Shown: piece after piece, positions 26,081 through 33,363 of the stretch
How positions within the stretch are numbered: the first letter of the stretch is position 1
Layout: the number at the start of each line of letters is the position of its first letter
Origin: Dehalococcoidia bacterium
Lineage (GTDB): Bacteria > Chloroflexota > Dehalococcoidia > Bin125
DNA: 64,000 bases
NCBI GenBank assembly: GCA_965242485.1
Contig: CBDESM010000003.1
Location: 1,819,759-1,883,758 of the forward strand
Direction of reading: 5' to 3'
The notes under the pieces: generated by a model
The model's database searches: none
Seen by the model: only the letters and a program-made list of their open reading frames with translations
What the model was told of the DNA's origin: nothing
Translations under genes and position numbers: made by a program

Positions 26081-26542
26081 ATGACCGACCGCACTGCAGA
26101 AGCCAAAGCCCGTGAACTCGGCCTCGACCTCAAGGCGAGTGCCCCCCTCGCCAACTACGTCCCCGCCGTCCGCACCGGCAACCTCGTCTTCCTCTCCGGC
26201 CACGGCCCCGTCCGCGAAGGCAAGCTCATCCGCGGCCGCCTCGGCGGCAACCTCGACATCGAACAGGGCCGCGAAGCCGCGCGCGCCGTCGCCGTCCAGC
26301 TCCTCGCCAGCCTCCGCGCCGAGATCGGCTCCCTCGACCGCGTCTCCCGCATCGTCAAACTGCTCTGCCTCGTCAACTCCACCCGCAAATTCAAGGACCA
26401 TCCCCAAGTCGCCAACGGGGCGAGCGACCTGCTCGTCGAAGTCTTCGGCGAACGCGGCAAGCACGCCCGCTCCGCGATCGGCGTCCCCAGCCTCCCCGCC
26501 GGCATGGCCGTCGAAATCGAAATGGTCGTCGAAGTTGACTGA
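26081..26542 (+). CDS. RidA/YjgF/L-PSP family protein
   Basis: MTDRTAEAKARELGLDL...YVPAVRTGNLVFLSGHGP...ARSAIGVPSLPAGMAVEIEMVVEV. The ATG at 26081 has a GGAG 8 nt upstream. The rest of the 375-aa track ORF is an artefact. Confidence 0.85.
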   Translation: MTDRTAEAKARELGLDLKASAPLANYVPAVRTGNLVFLSGHGPVREGKLIRGRLGGNLDIEQGREAARAVAVQLLASLRAEIGSLDRVSRIVKLLCLVNSTRKFKDHPQVANGASDLLVEVFGERGKHARSAIGVPSLPAGMAVEIEMVVEVD

Positions 26543-26578
26543 CCCTCGTCGGCGGACGCCTCTGGAGCACGGGCGCGC

Positions 26579-27397
26579 ATGCGCCTGATCTCCTGGAACG
26601 TCGCCGCCCGCATCAAAGCGCTCCCCGGCCAAGCCGTCTTCCTCGCCTCCCGCCGGCCCGACCTCGTCGCCCTCCAGGAAATCACGCCCAACTCCGCCCT
26701 CCTCTGGCGCGACGCCCTCCAAGCGCTCGGCTTTCCCCATATCTGCGTGCGCACCGGCATCGCCGGCGAGGCCCTCTTCCGCCAGCGCGGCGTCCTCATC
26801 GCCTCCCGCTTCCCCTTCGACCTCGTCATCAATAACCCGATCCGGCCGCCGTGGCCCGAAAAGGCACTCTCGCTCCAAATCGACTCTCCCGGCGCGCGCT
26901 TCGACCTCCACACCGTCTATACCCCCACCGGCGTCACCGATCTCCAAGCCAAAATCGACACGATCAACGCCGCCTGCGACGCCCTCGCCGCCTCCGACCG
27001 CCCCCGCATCCTCACCGGCGACTTCAACGCGCCCAAACTCGAAACCCCCGACGGCCGCATCGCCACCTGGGCCCAAACCATCCTCCCCGACGGTTCCTTC
27101 CGCACCAGCCGCGGCCGCCTCCGCCCCGAACAAGACGCCGCCGAGCGCCGCCTGATGCAAGGCCTCGCCGCCCACGGCGTCCGCGACCTCTACCGCTCCC
27201 TCAATGGCTACCGCGCCCCCGGCTACAGCTGGACCATCAAGAACCGCGGCCGCTGGGTCGCCCCCCGCCGCTTCGACCACGCCTTCGCCAGCCACCACAT
27301 CCAAGCCCAACGCTGCACTTACAACCACGCCCCCCGCCAATCCAACCTCAGCGACCACGCCCCTTTGGAACTCGACTTCCAAATCCTCTCTTCCTAA
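26579..27397 (+). CDS. Endonuclease/exonuclease/phosphatase (EEP, ExoIII-like) family protein
   Basis: 272 aa. It contains MRLISWNV...DLVALQEI...LTGDFNAP...SDHAPLELDF. Confidence 0.85.
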   Translation: MRLISWNVAARIKALPGQAVFLASRRPDLVALQEITPNSALLWRDALQALGFPHICVRTGIAGEALFRQRGVLIASRFPFDLVINNPIRPPWPEKALSLQIDSPGARFDLHTVYTPTGVTDLQAKIDTINAACDALAASDRPRILTGDFNAPKLETPDGRIATWAQTILPDGSFRTSRGRLRPEQDAAERRLMQGLAAHGVRDLYRSLNGYRAPGYSWTIKNRGRWVAPRRFDHAFASHHIQAQRCTYNHAPRQSNLSDHAPLELDFQILSS

Positions 27398-27415
27398 TGA
27401 AATCCGCTACAATCC

Positions 27416-27481
27416 CTCTGGGATTGGGGCTGTCCCCAGTTGCGGAGGGCTCGGCACAAGCCGAGTCGCTTCGTTTAACGG
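27416..27481 (+). repeat. Structured repeat unit R1 (candidate small RNA gene)
   Basis: GGATTGGGG is followed by hairpin GGGG-CTGT-CCCC (27426-27437) and hairpin CTCGGC-ACAA-GCCGAG (27450-27465), then TCGCTTCGTTTAACGG. The -10-like TACAAT (27408-27413) lies 7 nt upstream. About 75 percent identical to R2 by eye. Confidence 0.5.
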
Positions 27482-27515
27482 CGCAATCCGCCCGAGTGGC
27501 CCGCCTCCTTCGCGT

Positions 27516-27544
27516 TTGACATCCGCACCGCTCCGACGTACTCT
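27516..27544 (+). promoter_or_regulatory. Sigma70-like promoter firing into repeat unit R2, antisense to the 3' end of the DUF3800 gene
   Basis: TTGACA (27516-27521), an exact 17-nt spacer, then TACTCT (27539-27544). GGATTGGGGG begins 6 nt downstream. Confidence 0.45.
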
Positions 27545-27613
27545 GGCCGCGGATTGGGGGCTATCCCCGGTTGGCGGAGGCCTCGGCGAGAGCCGGGGCC
27601 ATCCGTTTATCTG
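27541..27613 (+). repeat. Structured repeat unit R2 (candidate small or antisense RNA gene)
   Basis: GGATTGGGGG is followed by hairpin GGGG-CTAT-CCCC (27557-27568) and hairpin CCTCGGC-GAGA-GCCGGGG (27581-27598, GNRA loop), then CCATCCGTTTATCTGG. It overlaps the stop (27607-27609) of the minus-strand DUF3800 gene. Confidence 0.5.
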
Positions 27614-28341
27614 GGGATATTCACCAATCCTTCTCCCTTGAATCTTCCTCCCGAATTCCGCAGCAGCTTGCGCTCAATGACCTCGAATCGAAGGTTCCCC
27701 TGAGGCCGCTCAATCACCCGCCTTGCGATCGGATAGGCGATCAGGTCTGCGATTTCCAGTCCGATCAACCCGGCGGCTTTAGTCTCAAATTCCATATCGG
27801 GCTGCACGAAGATTCGCTCCTTCAGCACGCGCCGAAACGACATCACGTCGTTCCTTAGTCGTCGATCTTCTTTCTGCCCCCGTGCCTCGAACACGATCCG
27901 GGCAAGACCGTCTCCGTGTCCGCCCAGATTCAACCAATGTTCGATTCGCTCCAGCCCGATGCTCACGCAGAGCGGATATGGGTCAATGGCCTCTGCTGGC
28001 TCCTGCGACGGGAGCCTCTTGTCAATCGCAACGGCTGAGATGTGGAAAGGCGCCGCGTCAACCGCATCGCCGAGATCGCCTGCAAACGACCGCCAAGCTG
28101 CGTTGCTCTTGAGCGTGGCAGCGGGCCCCTGCCGCATTCGGATGTCCCGCTCATGCAGCGGCGCATCACGCCGCCCGAAATGCCGCAGCTTCAGCTCCTC
28201 GAACAGCGGCGCCACTTCGTCCCGGTAAACGCCTTCCTCGAACACGCACATCGCCACTACGAACACGGGAAACTCCGGATCGTCACGGAGATCCGATGTC
28301 CCGCTCTCATCTCCGAACACCAGGTACGTCTCGTCGGCCAT
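27607..28341 (-). CDS. DUF3800-family protein on a low-GC islet
   Basis: 244 aa. The N-terminal YLVFGDESGTS fits the DUF3800 xDESG start, and LIGLEIADLIAYPIAR lies near the C-terminus. It uses many A/T-ending codons (gat, ttt, att, aat, gaa, aaa) and a TAA stop, unlike neighbouring genes. Confidence 0.7.
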   Translation of the reverse strand: MADETYLVFGDESGTSDLRDDPEFPVFVVAMCVFEEGVYRDEVAPLFEELKLRHFGRRDAPLHERDIRMRQGPAATLKSNAAWRSFAGDLGDAVDAAPFHISAVAIDKRLPSQEPAEAIDPYPLCVSIGLERIEHWLNLGGHGDGLARIVFEARGQKEDRRLRNDVMSFRRVLKERIFVQPDMEFETKAAGLIGLEIADLIAYPIARRVIERPQGNLRFEVIERKLLRNSGGRFKGEGLVNIPR

Positions 28342-28396
28342 GCCCGCGCACTCTACGCCCGCCCTCTATCCTGCATCCGCAGCAAGGAGTTCCCCC

Positions 28397-29392
28397 ATGC
28401 GACTAGGCATCCTCGCCGGCTTCTCGGACGACTGGCGCGACACGCTCGAGAAGGTCCGGATCGCCGAAGACCTCGGCTACGAACTCGTCGCCACCGGCGA
28501 AGCTTGGGGCCCTTCCATCGTCCCTTGGCTCTCCACCCTCGCGGCCAACACCGAGAAGATCCAGATCGGTTCCTCGATCCTCAACTGCTTCTCCCGCTCG
28601 CCCGCCGCCATCGCCCAGGAATTCGCGGCCCTTGAGGTCATCTCCGGCGGGCGCATGGTCTGCGGGCTCGGCTCCTCCGGCAACCTCGTGATCGAGGGCT
28701 TCCACGGCGCGGAATTCGACCGTCCCCTCCGCCGCCTCCGCGAGTACACCGAAATCATCAAGATGCTGCTGCGCGGCCAGCGCCTCGCCTATGAAGGCCA
28801 GATCTACCAACTCGCCCGCGGCTTCCGGATCGACTACGAGGTCCAGCGCGAAGACGTCCCCGTCTACATCGCCGCCATCACCCCGCGCTCGATCGAGCAG
28901 ACCGCGCAAGTCGCCGACGGCATCTTCCCGATCCACTGGCCCCTCCGCGCCTTCCAGCCGCTCCGCGATCAGCTCGCCACCGCCTCGACGGCCGCCGGCA
29001 GGCCCGCCGACAGCGTCACCATCGCTCCCTTCACCAACGTCTACGTCCTCGGCGAAGGCCGGGACGACGACGAGGTCTGGCGCAGCGCCCGCCAGCCGCT
29101 CTTCCACTACACCAACCGCATGGGTTCCTTCTACTGGCAGATGCTCGCCCGCTCGGGCTTCGAGGCCGACGTCGCCGCCTCCCGCGACGCTTGGAGCGAC
29201 CGCGACGCCGAAGGCGCGCTGATGGCCTTCAGCGAAGACATGGTCCGTGAAATCCAAGTCATCGGCTCCCTCGAGGAGGTGCGCGAACGCCTCCAAGAGC
29301 GTTCCGACGCCGGCGCCGACATCCAGATGGTCCCGATGCCGGCGGGCTCTCCGCAGGAAGCCGGCCAGCGCCTCGAAGCCTACCTGCGCTGA
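28397..29392 (+). CDS. Luciferase-like monooxygenase (LLM) class, probably F420-dependent oxidoreductase
   Basis: MRLGILAGFSDDW...LGYELVATGEAWGPS...ALEVISGGRMVCGLGSSG.... The ATG at 28397 has RBS AAGGAG 7 nt upstream. Confidence 0.85.
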   Translation: MRLGILAGFSDDWRDTLEKVRIAEDLGYELVATGEAWGPSIVPWLSTLAANTEKIQIGSSILNCFSRSPAAIAQEFAALEVISGGRMVCGLGSSGNLVIEGFHGAEFDRPLRRLREYTEIIKMLLRGQRLAYEGQIYQLARGFRIDYEVQREDVPVYIAAITPRSIEQTAQVADGIFPIHWPLRAFQPLRDQLATASTAAGRPADSVTIAPFTNVYVLGEGRDDDEVWRSARQPLFHYTNRMGSFYWQMLARSGFEADVAASRDAWSDRDAEGALMAFSEDMVREIQVIGSLEEVRERLQERSDAGADIQMVPMPAGSPQEAGQRLEAYLR

Positions 29393-29396
29393 CCCG

Positions 29397-29654
29397 ATGC
29401 CTTCCCCCGAAGCCGTCCTCGAGATCGAAGTCGTCTACTGCGCCGACTGCGGCTACTGGCCCCGCACCGCCTGGATGCTCGGCGAGCTCCTCACCGACAT
29501 CCAGCACCTCGTCAAGTCGGTGCGCCTGGTCCCCGACTCGCTCGGCCTCTTCGAGTGGAAAGTCAACGGCGACCTCGTCTTCAGCAAGGCCGCGATGGGC
29601 CGCTTCCCCGAAATGGACGAACTCCGCGAACTCATCTACGCGCATCTTGACTAG
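29397..29654 (+). CDS. Rdx (SelW/SelT/SelH-like) family protein, CxxC (Cys) form
   Basis: 85 aa. LEIEVVYCADCGYWPRTAWMLGELL...VRLVPDSLGLFEWKVNGDLVFSKAAMGRFPEMDEL matches the Rdx pattern (IxYCxxCxW..RA.W...EL...P...G.FEV...G.L..SK...GRFPE). It starts 4 nt after the LLM stop. Confidence 0.85.
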   Translation: MPSPEAVLEIEVVYCADCGYWPRTAWMLGELLTDIQHLVKSVRLVPDSLGLFEWKVNGDLVFSKAAMGRFPEMDELRELIYAHLD

Positions 29655-30191
29655 GCGCGCGATGCCGTCCCGCCCCGTGCCCCGCTTGCTTCCTCTCGCT
29701 CTGATCTGCGCCGTTGCCACGTTGATCCTCGCCGCTTCAAGGTTTGCGACGGCCTCCCGCGAATGACTGGGCCGGGATATCCATGCGATGGCCATGAGCG
29801 CATCCGCGAAGATGCGCGTTCAATTTTCGACGCAAACCTCACGATCTACGTCGTCGATACCCAATTCATCGTTGATGCACCCGATGGTTGGCATCACCCG
29901 ATCAACTTCACTACAGCATCATCCTTGAAGTCGGGCGAACCTATGACTATTTCTCCCCGTAGACCATCTTAGCCTCCTCGTCGCAAGTGCCGAGTTGCGA
30001 AGTGCAAAAACAAGAGCCCGATGGCACGATTTATATGGTGGCTTACGGTCCTCAACCCCGGTTCTGCACCGTAGCCCTCGCCGCCGCTTCGTCTTGTACT
30101 GGCGACCCGACCGCGACCGGCATCCGGGCCTTTGCGGGGCCGCTGCCGGCGTGTGCACATGCGTTAGGATCGGGCGGGAGGCAACGGCGAA

Positions 30192-30416
30192 ATGGAAATT
30201 CTCTTTCTGATCTGGGCGGTCTGCGTGCTGGCAGGTGCTGCGGTCATGCACAACAAGGGCCGTTCGGCGCTCGGCGGCGCTGCTTGGGGCTTCTTCCTCG
30301 GCATCATCGGGGTCATCATCTGCTTCTTCTACTCCGAGAGCATCGAGCACAAGGCCCGCAAGCAACTGCTCCTCGAACACGAACTGGAGCGCCAGCGCCG
30401 CAACCGCGACTTCTGA
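30192..30416 (+). CDS. Small two-TM membrane protein, hypothetical
   Basis: 74 aa, MEILFLIWAVCVLAGAAV...WGFFLGIIGVIICFF, with a charged tail. RBS GGGAGG lies upstream. The local sequence has lower GC. Confidence 0.5.
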   Translation: MEILFLIWAVCVLAGAAVMHNKGRSALGGAAWGFFLGIIGVIICFFYSESIEHKARKQLLLEHELERQRRNRDF

Positions 30417-30459
30417 TCCCGCTGCCAGTCGTTTGCTCCCTGCTTGACCAGGAGACGCC

Positions 30460-31314
30460 ATGCTGACCGACGAACAGCTCGATTTCTTCAACGAAAACGG
30501 CTACTTGGTCATCCCCGGCCTCGTCCCCCGGCCGATGATCGACGCGGTCACCGACGCCATCTGGGATTTCCTGGAGTTCGACCGCGCCGATCCCTCCGGC
30601 TGGTACCAAGAGCCGCACCGCGTCAACGGGATGGTGGAGATGTACCACCACCAAGCGCTCTGGGACGTGCGCCAGCACCCGCCCGTCTACGAGACCTTCC
30701 GCCAACTCTTCGACCGCGACGACCTCTGGGTCTTCCTCGACCGCGCCAATCTCAAGCCGCCGCCCGATGCCGCGCACCCCGAGTACGACCATCAGGGCAT
30801 GGTCCATTGGGATATGGACGTCCGCCGGCAGCCGCTTCCGCTGCTCATACAAGGCGTCCTCTACCTCGTCGACACCCGCGCCGGCGAGGGCGGCTTCCAA
30901 TGCGTGCCCGGCGTCCACAACTGGATCTCCGAATGGGCCGCGGAGCACGGACTCTCCGACGACGACCTGCGCCATCAGCAGCTGCACCAGCGCTTCCCCG
31001 GCGACATTCCGCCGCCGATCGAGATCGAAGCCGACGCCGGCGACTTCATCATCTGGCACTCCGCGCTCCCCCACGGCAACTCCCGCAACGCCGGGGCCAA
31101 GCCGCGCCTCGCCCAGTACGTCCGCATGTTCCCCGCTGAACAGGGCGACGAGGAACAGCGCCGCAACCGCGTCGAATCTTGGCGCGACAACGCCGTTCCC
31201 GCCTTCCAAAACCCCAGAGCCTTCCCCGGCGACCCCCGCAACCGAGAAGCGGCCAACCCGCCCGCGCAGCTCACCGAACTCGGCGAGAAGCTGCTCGGCT
31301 TGGCCGATTGGTAG
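30460..31314 (+). CDS. Phytanoyl-CoA dioxygenase (PhyH) family Fe(II)/2-oxoglutarate oxygenase
   Basis: 284 aa. It contains MLTDEQLDFFNENGYLVIPGLV...HWDMD...AGDFIIWHSALPHGNSRN. Confidence 0.85.
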   Translation: MLTDEQLDFFNENGYLVIPGLVPRPMIDAVTDAIWDFLEFDRADPSGWYQEPHRVNGMVEMYHHQALWDVRQHPPVYETFRQLFDRDDLWVFLDRANLKPPPDAAHPEYDHQGMVHWDMDVRRQPLPLLIQGVLYLVDTRAGEGGFQCVPGVHNWISEWAAEHGLSDDDLRHQQLHQRFPGDIPPPIEIEADAGDFIIWHSALPHGNSRNAGAKPRLAQYVRMFPAEQGDEEQRRNRVESWRDNAVPAFQNPRAFPGDPRNREAANPPAQLTELGEKLLGLADW

Positions 31315-31426
31315 CCGATTGGCAGCCGCGCCCACCAGCAGCTCCGAACGACGCGGCGAAGGCCTCCGAAACCCGCCGCCGGCCTCTTGGGCTCCGTACA
31401 CTTCCAGCCAATCAAGGAACAAGGAA

Positions 31427-31660
31427 ATGGAAATCATCTCGTTGCCTCTGGGCATCCTCGCCTTCATCGCCTTGGCCGTGCTGGCGGCCATGCTGATCGT
31501 CGGGGGTGCATACGTCGCATCAACCGGCGGGATGAGCTCGATCGCTTGGGGCATCTTCTTCAGCTCCCTCGGCGTGCTCATCGGCTCCGGTTTAGCGCTC
31601 ATGCTTTGGGAACTGAAGCAAGCCCCCGACGACGAGCGCGAGCCCGACTCCCGCGGCTGA
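31427..31660 (+). CDS. Small membrane protein, hypothetical
   Basis: 77 aa, MEIISLPLGILAFIALAVLAAMLIVGG...WGIFFSSLGVLIGSGLALMLW, with an acidic tail. RBS AAGGAA precedes the ATG at 31427. It is the C-terminal part of a longer artefactual track ORF. Confidence 0.5.
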   Translation: MEIISLPLGILAFIALAVLAAMLIVGGAYVASTGGMSSIAWGIFFSSLGVLIGSGLALMLWELKQAPDDEREPDSRG

Positions 31661-31771
31661 CCCTCCCGATCTCATCTCCCCGGCGCAGCCGTACCGCCAT
31701 CTCCCGTCCCGCACTAACCTGTCTCCGAATCAGCGGGCCCCCGCCCCCTTGCCCGATCGGAGCCGCCCGGC

Positions 31772-32302
31772 ATGGCCGCAACCGTCACCGTCCTCGACCC
31801 GCAGGCGCATGTCGCCGTCCGCGAGGCCTCCGCCGCGCCCCGGCTCCAGTCCCTTCAGGGACTCCGCCCCGGCATTCTCGAAAACCGCAAGGCCAACGCG
31901 CGGCTGCTGATGGAGACGATGGTCGACGGCCTCCGCGCCCGAACCGAGCTCGGCCCGCTCGTCGTCGGCTCCAAGCCGGTCGCCGGCCCGCCTTCCGCAT
32001 CCACCATTGCGGCCCTCCGCAACGACGCCGACTTCCTCCTGATCGGCTCCTGCGATTGAGGCTCCTGCACGACGTGGAGTGTCCACGCCGCCGTCCTCTT
32101 CGAAGGCTTCGGAATCCCCACCGTCACGATCGGCACTTCCGCCTTCACCGATCTGCTCCAGCTCGAAGCCGAACAGCGCGGCCTGCCCGAGCTCCGGCGC
32201 ATCATCGTGCCCCATCCGATCGGCGGCCTCAAGCCCGAAGCGATCGGCGGCAAGGTCGGCGGAGACGTGATCGACCAGCTGCAAGCGGCGCTCACCGAAT
32301 GA
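31772..32302 (+). CDS. Candidate selenoprotein, 176 aa with Sec at codon 96 (D-U-G-S-C, a UxxC motif)
   Basis: Track ORF 31772-32059 ends in a TGA, but the frame stays open for 80 more codons: ...DADFLLIGSCD[TGA]GSCTTWSVHAAVLFEGFGIPTVTIGTSAF...DQLQAALTE. High GC3 is maintained and the tail has no start or RBS of its own. The final TGA (32300-32302) overlaps the next ATG (32299). Confidence 0.7.
32071..32090 (+). promoter_or_regulatory. SECIS-like hairpin 3' of the UGA at 32057
   Basis: The upper stem pairs 32073-32077 (CGUGG) with 32083-32087 (CCACG), with apical loop AGUGU. A possible lower G:C pair (32071/32088) leaves A32072 bulged. The hairpin starts 12-14 nt after the UGA. Confidence 0.35.
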
Positions 32303-33363
32303 GCGCCCCCGGCCGCCCCGCCGCCGAGTATTCGCTGCCCGCCGACCCGTTCGATTTCCATCAGGAGGCGATCCGCCGCGGTTGGTCCGACGGGCTGCCG
32401 CTGATCCCGCCCTCGCCCGAGCGCGTCGACGCGCTGCTGGCCGCGGTCGACCGCGATCCGCTCGAGGTGCTCGCCGTGCTCGCGCCGCGCCAAGGCGAGG
32501 CGACCGTGCAGGCCGTCGCGATCAACGCCGTGATGGCCGGCTGCCGCGCGCAGCACTTCCCCGTCGTGCTGGCCGCCGTCGAAGCGATCAGCCGGCCGGC
32601 CTTCAATATCGACGGCATCAACGCCACGACCCATCCCTGCGCCGTCTTCATCCTCGTCAACGGCCCCGCGGCCCGCGCCGCGGGCATCCACGGCGGCGCT
32701 GGCTGCTTCGGCCCGGCCTTCCCCGCCAACGCCGCCATCGGCCGCGCCGTGCGGCTGGTCCAGCTCAACGTCGCCGGCGCGACCCCCGGCCGCGGCGACC
32801 GCGCCACCCAGGGCAGCCCGGCCAAGTTCGCCTTCTGCGCCGCCGAGCGGGAGGACGCCAGCCCCTGGCCGCCGTTCCACACCACGCGCGGTCTCGCGCC
32901 CGAACAGTCCGCCGTCACCGTCTGGGCGGCCGAGGGCCCGCACAACATCCAGGAACATGGCAGCAACGCCGGCGAGGACATCCTCAAGACCGTCGCGGGC
33001 GCGATGGGCCAGGCGGGCAGCAACAACATCCTCGGCAAGGGCGAACCGGTCCTCGCCTTCGGCCCCGAACACGCCGCCACCGTCGCCGAAGGCGGGTACT
33101 CGCGCCGGGACGTCCAGAACTACCTCTGGGAAAACGCCCGCTACCCCGCCGCCAAGCTCTCGCCCGAATTCCTCCGCGAGGTCAACGTCCGCATGGCCGG
33201 CGGCAACCTCCCGCCCCACGAGCCGGACGAGGAGCTCCCGATCAGCGACAAGCCCGAGGAGATACACGTAATCGTCGCCGGCGGCCCCGGCAAGCACAGC
33301 AGCTGGATGCCCACCTTCGGCGGCCTCACCCGCCCCGTCACCGTGGAGATTCCCGCGCGTTAG
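32299..33363 (+). CDS. Conserved-looking hypothetical protein (354 aa), translationally coupled to the Sec-candidate gene
   Basis: MSAPGRPAAEYSLPADPFDFHQEAIRRGWSDGLPLIPPSPERV...INAVMAGC...GINATTHPCAVFILVNGP...GSPAKFAFCAAE... has globular composition and high GC3. It is the C-terminal 354 codons of the 658-aa track ORF 31387-33363. I recognise no family. Confidence 0.7.
   Translation: MSAPGRPAAEYSLPADPFDFHQEAIRRGWSDGLPLIPPSPERVDALLAAVDRDPLEVLAVLAPRQGEATVQAVAINAVMAGCRAQHFPVVLAAVEAISRPAFNIDGINATTHPCAVFILVNGPAARAAGIHGGAGCFGPAFPANAAIGRAVRLVQLNVAGATPGRGDRATQGSPAKFAFCAAEREDASPWPPFHTTRGLAPEQSAVTVWAAEGPHNIQEHGSNAGEDILKTVAGAMGQAGSNNILGKGEPVLAFGPEHAATVAEGGYSRRDVQNYLWENARYPAAKLSPEFLREVNVRMAGGNLPPHEPDEELPISDKPEEIHVIVAGGPGKHSSWMPTFGGLTRPVTVEIPAR

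Noticed and set aside
27416-27613. CRISPR array
   Set aside because: There are only two imperfect copies (about 75 percent identical), the period is about 125-130 bp, the units are about 65 nt long, and no cas genes are present.
29661-29972. A third TGA read-through (Sec) at 29763-29765
   Set aside because: Read-through of that TGA gives a Ser/Thr-rich, non-protein-like sequence. The +1 frame starting at the overlapping ATG looks more protein-like, so coupling or a frameshift is the better explanation.
31387-33363. 658-aa track ORF taken as one gene
   Set aside because: The first 304 codons are Arg/Pro-rich and run out of frame across the Sec-candidate gene. The real gene starts at the ATG at 32299, which overlaps the upstream stop.
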